A DNA stretch of 64,000 bases. Source: Candidatus Hydrogenedens sp. Its GTDB lineage: Bacteria; Hydrogenedentota; Hydrogenedentia; Hydrogenedentales; Hydrogenedentaceae. The notes beneath the pieces were generated by a model. That model was not told the DNA's origin. It saw only the letters and a program-made list of their open reading frames with translations, and did no database searches. Below, in pieces: positions 29,545-36,475 of this stretch. How positions within the stretch are numbered: position 1 is the first letter of the stretch; the number at the start of each line of letters is the position of its first letter. The position numbers and the translations under genes are program-made. The stretch covers positions 32,001-96,000 of the forward strand of contig JBMFRC010000003.1 in NCBI GenBank assembly GCA_049968235.1. The letters run 5' to 3'.

Positions 29545-31386
29545 CTATGCAATGTAAACATCTATGGGATTATATTTATTATGGAGGAATAGGGCATCGC
29601 GGAAGGTTCCCGTTTTTTGAAATTGTAGTTTCTCTATAAAAGAAATCAGTGGTATATCATTGGGATTTACATAAATAAGCCAGCGATTTTTGGGAAATCG
29701 GCTTTTGATTTGATTAAATAGAATCTGGAAGTTATCCTGAATATCTTTATTCATATAATCATCCGGGTTATGAAAATATATATACACTACGGATAGATTG
29801 GGGATTGTATGCATGTGTATTTTTATCAATCCACGAGGTTTCGTCTTTTTATCGATGATGACCCATTCTTCATATTCTCTGCTTGTATTTAAAATCTCCT
29901 GCTCTTTCTCATGCCTTGTGGTTGTTAAAATATTTCCCCATTGAAGTGTAAAATAGATATTGCTATTCCATGTTTCCCATTGAGCAAGCCAATCTTCATC
30001 TTGTGGTCGTAGAGGTCGGATAGAAATATGTTCTTTAAAGAAACTACGGAAAATATGTTTCAGGATAGATAATTTGCCGGGTTTTTGAACATCTCTATTT
30101 ATAGGCATATCTGCGAAAAGAGCAACCCCGGCATTGTTTAACTCCTGATAGCGGACAATTACTTCTTCTATCCATTTTCGTTGTGCTATACACCAGTCCT
30201 TTCTAGGTTCCGTTACTTTTCCTGTATATCGATAATGAATTGTTCCATGTCCACCTCCGCAGAAATTTTGAGCCCAGCAAGTAATACATGCAGGAGTTGT
30301 ATTAATCCCCAGACGATATAGACATTCTGCATCTTTCAGAGGGATTTCGTCCTTCCGTATATTTCCCATGTAGCAGAGGTTCTTTTTATAGTATAAATAT
30401 CCACCATACACATCGCCAGTAGATGTTATAAACCATTCTTGTATACCTGCGGGGTCTCTTCGTTTTGTAGGGATACCATGTTGAATGTTCTGAAACAACT
30501 GCATAATGGGTTCTAATATGTATCTGTTCCCTTTTTTTAATTGTTGTGTATATACGGCGGTTAGGTGTGTTAGTTCCTGGAAAAAGGTTCCAATATTCCT
30601 ATCCGGATTTAAGGCAAGGGGCGAAAATATGTCAATTAGTATTTTTTTTACATCATAATTAAAAACTTTTTCAATGGTTGGAGTAAAAGGTAATTCTTCG
30701 GGAAGGAAAAGAATGTGTCCGTTCTGACTATTTAGAAAATTATGGAACACTGATTCATTAATGGTTTCTATTTGTTGTACAAGTTCAGCGGAAATTTTCG
30801 GAAAGACTAAAAATAGTTTTCCCATATCCTCTATTTTCAATTTCGCACGGATATAATCCGACATAGGGAGATATAGATTTATAACCACATTTTTATCTCT
30901 ATTCGGGCACTGTTCATGAATGAATAAATTAAGTGTATTAAGAATATCCTGAATAGTTTCGTATTTTTGGTGAAGCCATAAATTTATCTGAAATTTTGGG
31001 TTTGCCTGAATGTAAGGTAATGCTTTTAATATTGCCAATGGAATTATCTTTTGAATGAGAGAGAAATTGGATTCATCTATCAAGAAGGAAAGTGTGTTGA
31101 GATGGAGAGTTTGGGTAAGAGATTGAACCCAATTCTCTATTTTTTGATATTTCAAAATAGAGCCAATTGAACGCAGGTATTCGAGTTCATCCCAGACTTC
31201 CCGTAGTTCTTTTTCCGTATATTGTGTAGATAGGATATTTTGTATTTTATGTTGTGTATTTTCTGGGTAGTATTGCAGGGTATCGTATGTAATTTTATCG
31301 CATTCAAAACAGAAAGTATCAAACACATCTACAGCAAAGAATCTTCCCTCTCGTTCAAAGGTATATATAGGTCTTATCTTGCTCAT
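29545..31386 (-). CDS. Radical-SAM-like/SPASM-domain protein with a degenerate SAM-cluster motif (putative peptide-maturation or scaffold protein)
   Basis: C-terminal region GDVYGGYLYYKKNLCYMGNIRKDEIPL...CITCWAQNFCGGGHG matches the SPASM pattern (G.VYPC...GNI...CxxCx5CxGGC). N-terminus RFFAVDVFDTFCFECDKITYDTLQYY resembles the pre-core region of peptide-modifying rSAMs. At the position where the rSAM motif L.L.ITE.CNL.C.YC is expected, the sequence is LSFLIDESNFSLIQ, with no CxxxCxxC. The C-terminal ~200 aa start IRPLRPQDEDWLAQW, which is GNAT-like. Confidence 0.55.
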   Translation of the reverse strand: MSKIRPIYTFEREGRFFAVDVFDTFCFECDKITYDTLQYYPENTQHKIQNILSTQYTEKELREVWDELEYLRSIGSILKYQKIENWVQSLTQTLHLNTLSFLIDESNFSLIQKIIPLAILKALPYIQANPKFQINLWLHQKYETIQDILNTLNLFIHEQCPNRDKNVVINLYLPMSDYIRAKLKIEDMGKLFLVFPKISAELVQQIETINESVFHNFLNSQNGHILFLPEELPFTPTIEKVFNYDVKKILIDIFSPLALNPDRNIGTFFQELTHLTAVYTQQLKKGNRYILEPIMQLFQNIQHGIPTKRRDPAGIQEWFITSTGDVYGGYLYYKKNLCYMGNIRKDEIPLKDAECLYRLGINTTPACITCWAQNFCGGGHGTIHYRYTGKVTEPRKDWCIAQRKWIEEVIVRYQELNNAGVALFADMPINRDVQKPGKLSILKHIFRSFFKEHISIRPLRPQDEDWLAQWETWNSNIYFTLQWGNILTTTRHEKEQEILNTSREYEEWVIIDKKTKPRGLIKIHMHTIPNLSVVYIYFHNPDDYMNKDIQDNFQILFNQIKSRFPKNRWLIYVNPNDIPLISFIEKLQFQKTGTFRDALFLHNKYNPIDVYIA

Positions 31387-32225
31387 TAATAAATCCCCAG
31401 CGTGCCTTTGTATCTACTATAGTTTTCCATTATCTTAAATAAAGAAATTCCGATAAAAGTCCAGATAATACAACTAGCACAAAGCCAATAGAAGCAGGGG
31501 TGTAAGAAAACGGACATAAATTGTCCCGGTGCCATTTGTTGACCTTTTACAAGCACATATTTTAAGCAGATAGAAGCGTCTGTGATAGGTAAAGCATGCA
31601 TAAAAGCAGATATAAACCAGCCCTGCTGTAAAAATTCTTCACGGGCAAAGATGGCTAATGCGAACAATGCCATTCGCACAATAATTGTCAGTTGTCCTAC
31701 TTGTTTAAATACGAGCACCAGTCCTCCTACCAAAAAACCAAATCCCAATAAATTGATAAAGGACAGGGTTAGTAGAACAACAACAGGGATAGGGTCAAAA
31801 TAAAGTTTTCCACCGACACTAATCACAACAAAATAAACCATAATAGCGGAATAAAGAATTGTTGTTACTGACGCAACCACGGCACGGGCAAGAAAATTCG
31901 TTACCAGACCATAAGGGCTCATACATAATTGTTCTAACACACCCGTTTGTGCCATACCCTGAATTCCCTGTGTGAACATGCCAATTACGCCGAAGGCAAA
32001 TAATCCGATAATAAAGCCCAGAATATAGTTTGTGGCACGTGTCGGGTCATCCAGTTGATTTATTCCCTTTTCGATTGCGGGCTGGCTATAAAAAAAACCA
32101 GCAATGAGTATCATGAGCATCCCATAGCCAATAATCAGTCCTGTTAATGTACGGAACCAGTAGCGTCGGGTGATAATCCATCCACGTATTATCTCTGCTT
32201 TCATAATGAGTAGAAAACCAAGCAT
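31386..32225 (-). CDS. ABC-2 type transporter permease
   Basis: About 6 TM helices in 279 aa. Sits directly downstream of an ABC ATPase and overlaps the next gene by 1 nt. Confidence 0.7.
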   Translation of the reverse strand: MLGFLLIMKAEIIRGWIITRRYWFRTLTGLIIGYGMLMILIAGFFYSQPAIEKGINQLDDPTRATNYILGFIIGLFAFGVIGMFTQGIQGMAQTGVLEQLCMSPYGLVTNFLARAVVASVTTILYSAIMVYFVVISVGGKLYFDPIPVVVLLTLSFINLLGFGFLVGGLVLVFKQVGQLTIIVRMALFALAIFAREEFLQQGWFISAFMHALPITDASICLKYVLVKGQQMAPGQFMSVFLHPCFYWLCASCIIWTFIGISLFKIMENYSRYKGTLGIY

Positions 32226-32229
32226 GATA

Positions 32230-33309
32230 TTATTCCTGTTCTTGTGAATTTATCGCATCAAATACGGGTTTTTCACCTGTAAGTTGTAAAAAGACATATT
32301 CCAGATTTACCTGTTTTTGTTGTATGGAGCGTAATTGATATTTTTTCCTACGAAGTGTTTCAAATAGAAGATATAATGCTTCTGACCGTTCTTCATACGG
32401 TTCCGGTACCTGCACCGTAATTGTAGGACCATCCGCCGTCAGGTCTGATTGGAGAAAAATAATCTGCGGACCAAGAGCATCGAGGTCCCCATCTGCCAGG
32501 TTACGGTCTAATCGCAGGGAAAAGATTTGTTTTGAAAATAGTTCCAGCAGTTCAGAAGTAGGTTTGCAGGTAATAAGTTTTCCCTTGTTAATAATTCCAA
32601 TACGATCACAGAGTTCTTGAGCCACATGCATATCATGAGTAGTAACCAGCACAGAACGACCATATTTTCGGGTCAGTTCCAGAATTTTGTCTTTAATGGA
32701 GCGACTGCTTTGCACATCCAGACCCGTAGTAGGTTCATCTAACAGAATAATTTTGGGGTCAGCAATCAGAGCGATGCATATCGCTAATTTTTGCTTCTGT
32801 CCTCGTGATAGTTTGCGAACTTCTATGTCTTTTTTGTCATTCAACCCGATAAAATCAAGTAGTTGATGGGCTCTTTCTTTGAGGATTTTTCCGCGAATAT
32901 TTCGCAAATTTCCATAATAATAAAGATTTTCAAGAGGTGTCAGGGGCCAGATACTGGTTCGTGTTCCTTCAAGCACAACGCCGATTTGTGAAAGGACCTG
33001 TTTCCGTTTCTTTTCTACATTCATCCCATCCACATAAACTGTTCCACTATCCGGTTTTACTAGTCCTGAAATCATTTTTACCGTGGTTGTTTTTCCAGCA
33101 CCATTGGGACCCAATAATCCCATAATTTCACCGGGCATAATACCAAAAGTAATTTTATCTGCTGCACATGCTTCTTTCTTTTTTATTAAACTCCTCTTAC
33201 CTGTTTCCTCGTCTTTATAAAGAAAGTGAGATGTGTGAAAGGTCTTTGATACCGCATCAAGATAAACCGTATATTTTTTTATATTTGTATTCAATTCATT
33301 TTTATACAT
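32230..33309 (-). CDS. ABC transporter ATP-binding protein
   Basis: Walker A GLLGPNGAGKTTT, ABC signature LSRGQKQKL, Walker B ILLDEPTTGLD. Confidence 0.9.
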   Translation of the reverse strand: MYKNELNTNIKKYTVYLDAVSKTFHTSHFLYKDEETGKRSLIKKKEACAADKITFGIMPGEIMGLLGPNGAGKTTTVKMISGLVKPDSGTVYVDGMNVEKKRKQVLSQIGVVLEGTRTSIWPLTPLENLYYYGNLRNIRGKILKERAHQLLDFIGLNDKKDIEVRKLSRGQKQKLAICIALIADPKIILLDEPTTGLDVQSSRSIKDKILELTRKYGRSVLVTTHDMHVAQELCDRIGIINKGKLITCKPTSELLELFSKQIFSLRLDRNLADGDLDALGPQIIFLQSDLTADGPTITVQVPEPYEERSEALYLLFETLRRKKYQLRSIQQKQVNLEYVFLQLTGEKPVFDAINSQEQE

Positions 33310-34007
33310 TATGAAACTCCACCTCCTTCAAATAATGTCCTTTCTAATTCGTCCATACATTTATCGGGGTCATTTATCTCCTGCAACTTGTCTAAATACT
33401 CAAGGTAATTGCTTTCCATATTACGAATGAAATGTAGAATTGTTACAAAACCCAGGTCATTTGTAACATGGTAAAGAATGCTTATGATAATAGAGAATAT
33501 CAAAAATTCGATGTTCTGGCGTAGTTGATTTTGAAAAATATGTTCATGCACCAATGTAAAAGTGAGGGATACGATAAGAATCGCAATAGCGGGACTTCCC
33601 ATTATCCCTATCAGAATAGGTTGGATTGTAGCCCGATAAATAATCTCCTCTGTAAGTGCAACTGTAAAAGTCTTTCCTAATAACACCGGCGAAAGAAATG
33701 AGAAACGGAACACCTGTAAAAAGGATAGAAATTGATTTTTTACAATAGAATTAAAGCCTACTGTAATAAGAAATCCGATGGTATATAAAATATGTCCCAA
33801 TACTAATCCCACTATCCAATTAGGCACGAAAAATAAATTTCTGGGGAGTATTTGCTGGATAAATAGATAAAAAATCGCACAAATAAGTAAAAGGGATTGA
33901 ATAATTTTTACAATTGTAGTTAATTTCTGAATCTGGAAAAAATTGCGACATAATTCCAGCAGGAAATTCAAGGAGAAGAGGACTACAAGAATTATTTTGA
34001 TATTCAC
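33309..34007 (-). CDS. CPBP-family intramembrane metalloprotease (CAAX protease/Abi-like)
   Basis: Polytopic membrane protein with motif 1 EEIIYR (EExxxR), FTLVH (FxxxH) and a YHVTND motif. GTG start overlaps the GNAT stop (GTGA). Confidence 0.65.
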   Translation of the reverse strand: MNIKIILVVLFSLNFLLELCRNFFQIQKLTTIVKIIQSLLLICAIFYLFIQQILPRNLFFVPNWIVGLVLGHILYTIGFLITVGFNSIVKNQFLSFLQVFRFSFLSPVLLGKTFTVALTEEIIYRATIQPILIGIMGSPAIAILIVSLTFTLVHEHIFQNQLRQNIEFLIFSIIISILYHVTNDLGFVTILHFIRNMESNYLEYLDKLQEINDPDKCMDELERTLFEGGGVS

Positions 34008-34624
34008 GAAGACTTCTCCAGATAATTCTTTATGCTTTCAGCCATTTTTTGTAGTGTAATTTCCCTTGTATGTTCGGTATTTTTTTCACGCCAGATTTGA
34101 AACTCCTGTTTTAATAATCCGTAAACATAAACATCATGCCAGACCCCGTTTCGTGTAATGTGTTCCTTTAGTGTGAGTTCTCGTTGGGCACCGAGAAATT
34201 CCAATAATTTCCATGATGGTTTATTGAAAGCATAAATAATAGCGGTAATGCGGTGTAAATTGAGTTCATCAAACGCATATTCCAATGCACGAAAAACATT
34301 AATTCCTGTCGTCAAATGATTCCGATGTTCCGGTGCTATATATACATCCAGATTGCAGGAACGATTCCGCCAGCTGATATTTTGTAGTGAAATCATTCCT
34401 AAAGGACCCTCCGGTGAATCAACGATGAAATATACACCAGCAGGGATAGGACTACCTGTATTTTTACTTAAAAACCCGATAATCTGTTCGCGAATAGTTC
34501 TTGGAGAACGGGCAGGGTCACCATACAGGAAGTATTGAAAATCTTCATCTTCCATCCAGCGGATAAGTGTGTCGAGGTCATCGCGGTCTGCTCTGCGGAT
34601 AAAAGATTTTGTAATAATACTCAC
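34004..34624 (-). CDS. GNAT-family N-acetyltransferase (RimL/RimJ-like)
   Basis: IRRADRDDLDTLIRWMED... N-terminus and GNAT fold length (206 aa). A paralogue lies upstream. Confidence 0.6.
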   Translation of the reverse strand: MSIITKSFIRRADRDDLDTLIRWMEDEDFQYFLYGDPARSPRTIREQIIGFLSKNTGSPIPAGVYFIVDSPEGPLGMISLQNISWRNRSCNLDVYIAPEHRNHLTTGINVFRALEYAFDELNLHRITAIIYAFNKPSWKLLEFLGAQRELTLKEHITRNGVWHDVYVYGLLKQEFQIWREKNTEHTREITLQKMAESIKNYLEKSS

Positions 34625-34637
34625 GAAAAACCCCTTC

Positions 34638-35183
34638 TTATTTCAATTCGACCGACAAAGTATTACTATTTTGAAATTTTGCCCATGTCTCAAGATTATG
34701 CCATTTCCCACAGGTGAATAGCACCTCTCGCATACATCCTTCACATTGATATGAATGATTTAATAGAAAGTTTCGCAGTCTTTCTTCCACATCCAGACAG
34801 GTTGTCATTAATTTTCTTAAATGGAGTTGTTGAAATGCCCGCACCTCAATAAATTCTAATGCTTCACCAATCAGAGCGGATTCATTATCGTAGGTCTCAT
34901 TTTCAAACAGGAGCATCATCTCCCCAAAAAGTGCCTCCGCATTTATCCCTTTTAGGATAACAAAGCCGGAAATATCTCCAATTTTATTTTCAACAGCATA
35001 AAAGGACTGAGCAGTATCTTTATGTTGAAGAAGTTCCTCCAACTCACTTAGATTGGGCATGAGCGGTTCTCGTTTCGTATCCAGCAGGGTGGCAAAGATG
35101 GGTTTGTGCAGGTAAAAACGGAGCAGTTCTTTTGCATCAAAACGGTCCGCATTGCGAATAGTCGCATAAGTCTTTTTTATCAT
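34638..35183 (-). CDS. GNAT-like acetyltransferase paralogue
   Basis: IRNADRFDAKELLRFYLHK... parallels the adjacent GNAT N-terminus. 181 aa. Confidence 0.45.
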   Translation of the reverse strand: MIKKTYATIRNADRFDAKELLRFYLHKPIFATLLDTKREPLMPNLSELEELLQHKDTAQSFYAVENKIGDISGFVILKGINAEALFGEMMLLFENETYDNESALIGEALEFIEVRAFQQLHLRKLMTTCLDVEERLRNFLLNHSYQCEGCMREVLFTCGKWHNLETWAKFQNSNTLSVELK

Positions 35184-35219
35184 ATAGAAAGGTTATATCC
35201 CGCAGTTAAAATTACACGC

Positions 35220-35247
35220 TTCCATGCCCTAAAATGGCATGAAGACA
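35220..35247 (-). promoter_or_regulatory. Intercistronic stem-loop between the small-peptide genes and the downstream enzyme genes (possible attenuator or processing site)
   Basis: Imperfect inverted repeat TCCATGCCC-taaaat-GGCATGAAG on the plus strand. It lies between the stop of the last small ORF and the GNAT start. Confidence 0.35.
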
Positions 35248-35280
35248 ACTGAAAAAATCCCTGCTTATAATAACGAAAAG

Positions 35281-35400
35281 TTAAAAGCCAATTTCGTTTT
35301 TCTTTTCGTAGCGGAAATCCTGCCAGGCTCGCCACACCGCATTAAAAAAGTTTGTAAAGGCATCAGCTTTCCGTAATGTCAACTTTTGAATGTGCTTCAT
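35281..35400 (-). CDS. Small peptide E (39 aa from MKHIQKLTL...; alternative start 35415)
   Basis: Minus-strand ORF MKHIQKLTLRKADAFTNFFNAVWRAWQDFRYEKKNEIGF. Shares the MKHI+K/R N-terminus with the neighbouring small ORFs. Not in the ORF track (under 60 aa). Confidence 0.45.
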   Translation of the reverse strand: MKHIQKLTLRKADAFTNFFNAVWRAWQDFRYEKKNEIGF

Positions 35401-35451
35401 GTTCTTATTTCCCATATTACAAGTTTTAGGTGTTAATATATAAAAATTTAT

Positions 35452-35652
35452 TTAACTGCTTGAAGAGGTTGTTGTAGTAGTTGTTGTCCCGGTGCTCGGC
35501 AATGGAGACTCCGGGTCCTTATTCTTGAAAACAGGAATAAAAATTTTTATTATATCTTCAATAAATTTTATTATATTAACTGTGGTATAGGGGAAATCAC
35601 TCGCGGATAGGGGTTGAGTTATCTTCTGAATATGTATCTTATTACGCACCAT
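35452..35652 (-). CDS. Small peptide D (66 aa), Ser/Thr-rich C-terminus
   Basis: MVRNKIHIQKITQPLSAS...PSTGTTTTTTTSSSS. SD GGAAG upstream of the ATG at 35652. Overlaps the end of peptide A in another frame. Confidence 0.45.
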   Translation of the reverse strand: MVRNKIHIQKITQPLSASDFPYTTVNIIKFIEDIIKIFIPVFKNKDPESPLPSTGTTTTTTTSSSS

Positions 35653-35809
35653 ACTTCCCACTTCCGTCCAATGTTGAGGTATCTTCTGTATTTCTCGTTT
35701 CGAGTAAAGTTCGAACTGCTGTCAATATCTGAAGAAAAATTGTCAAAATAACATCAATCGTAACCGCTTGAACAGGTCTACTGTATGTCTGTCTTTTAAT
35801 ATGTTTCAT
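35642..35809 (-). CDS. Small peptide A (55 aa)
   Basis: MKHIKRQTYSRPVQAVTIDVILTIFLQILTAVRTLLETRNTEDTSTLDGSGKYGA. Its N-terminus and hydrophobic core (ILTIFLQILTAV) are paralogous to peptide B (ILTLIANILSVV). Not in the ORF track. Confidence 0.55.
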   Translation of the reverse strand: MKHIKRQTYSRPVQAVTIDVILTIFLQILTAVRTLLETRNTEDTSTLDGSGKYGA

Positions 35810-35884
35810 AAAAATACCTTTAAACTATAAATCTATTATACTAAATATAAAGTATTTTACAAACTACAAAGATTCTGTATCTTA

Positions 35885-36070
35885 CTAACTGGTCGTAGTA
35901 TTTGTTGTTTCCTGAGGTTTTTTTACTTCCGCTAAAGGCAAGAAGAAATTTGTAAGCACAGAAAGCAAAAAACAAAGAAATGCCTGATAATCACTTGTGA
36001 TATTTGTGCAAAAGTTAGAACTTTGCTGTGCCCTTGATGGTTTAACAGTGATACATTGGATTCTCTTCAT
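35885..36070 (-). CDS. Small peptide C (61 aa)
   Basis: MKRIQCITVKPSRAQQSSNFCTNITSDYQAFLCFLLSVLTNFFLPLAEVKKPQETTNTTTS. Strong SD AAGGAG 9 nt upstream. The only member with Cys (3). Confidence 0.55.
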   Translation of the reverse strand: MKRIQCITVKPSRAQQSSNFCTNITSDYQAFLCFLLSVLTNFFLPLAEVKKPQETTNTTTS

Positions 36071-36094
36071 TATTTCTATCTCCTTTTATTTAGA

Positions 36095-36250
36095 CTACGA
36101 AGAAGAGGAGGTGCCTCCTTCTTTAGCGACAAAAGCCTGAGCGACGACAGATAAAATATTCGCAATCAGGGTTAATATCTGTCCAATACTCAAAGTTGTC
36201 TCTATTTGTGCTTTGTGTAATGTGGCGGTTAATCTTCTTATATGTTTCAT
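36095..36250 (-). CDS. Small peptide B (51 aa)
   Basis: MKHIRRLTATLHKAQIETTLSIGQILTLIANILSVVAQAFVAKEGGTSSSS. SD GGGAG 8 nt upstream. Not in the ORF track. Incompatible with the overlapping 71-aa track ORF 36123..36338, which is considered spurious. Confidence 0.55.
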   Translation of the reverse strand: MKHIRRLTATLHKAQIETTLSIGQILTLIANILSVVAQAFVAKEGGTSSSS

Positions 36251-36475
36251 TTTCCAACTCCCGTATATTGGTTATAATATTATCTAATATAGAATATTGT
36301 TTACATTCTATTTCATTACAGATTTCTTTTAATATCATATATTAATTTAATACCAAATTACATAAAAAAGTTTTCCCTTTCCACCTCATAATAACACGGA
36401 ATTATAAGATATATTTTACAAAATAAGAAGCAATATAGGAAATATTTAACAGAATTTAAGTATATCAATAACTTT

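Noticed and set aside
35452-35500. The Thr/Ser run (TGTTTTTTTSSSS) as a simple-sequence DNA repeat
   Set aside because: At the DNA level it is an imperfect ACA/ACT/TCT codon run lying in frame within small ORF D. A similar stretch ends ORF C. It is interpreted as a coding Ser/Thr-rich tail rather than a microsatellite.
35452-35661. GTG start (MGSMVRNK...) given by the ORF track for small peptide D
   Set aside because: The GTG lies inside peptide A's coding sequence with no SD. The in-frame ATG at 35652 is preceded by GGAAG and is preferred, although D's membership of the family is the weakest of the five.
36123-36338. 71-aa ORF from the six-frame track (MILKEICNEIECKQY...) overlapping the small-peptide region
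   Set aside because: It overlaps, in another frame, the 51-aa ORF B (36095-36250). ORF B has a strong SD and clear paralogy to ORF A at both protein and DNA level. The 71-aa frame has no SD and no paralogues.
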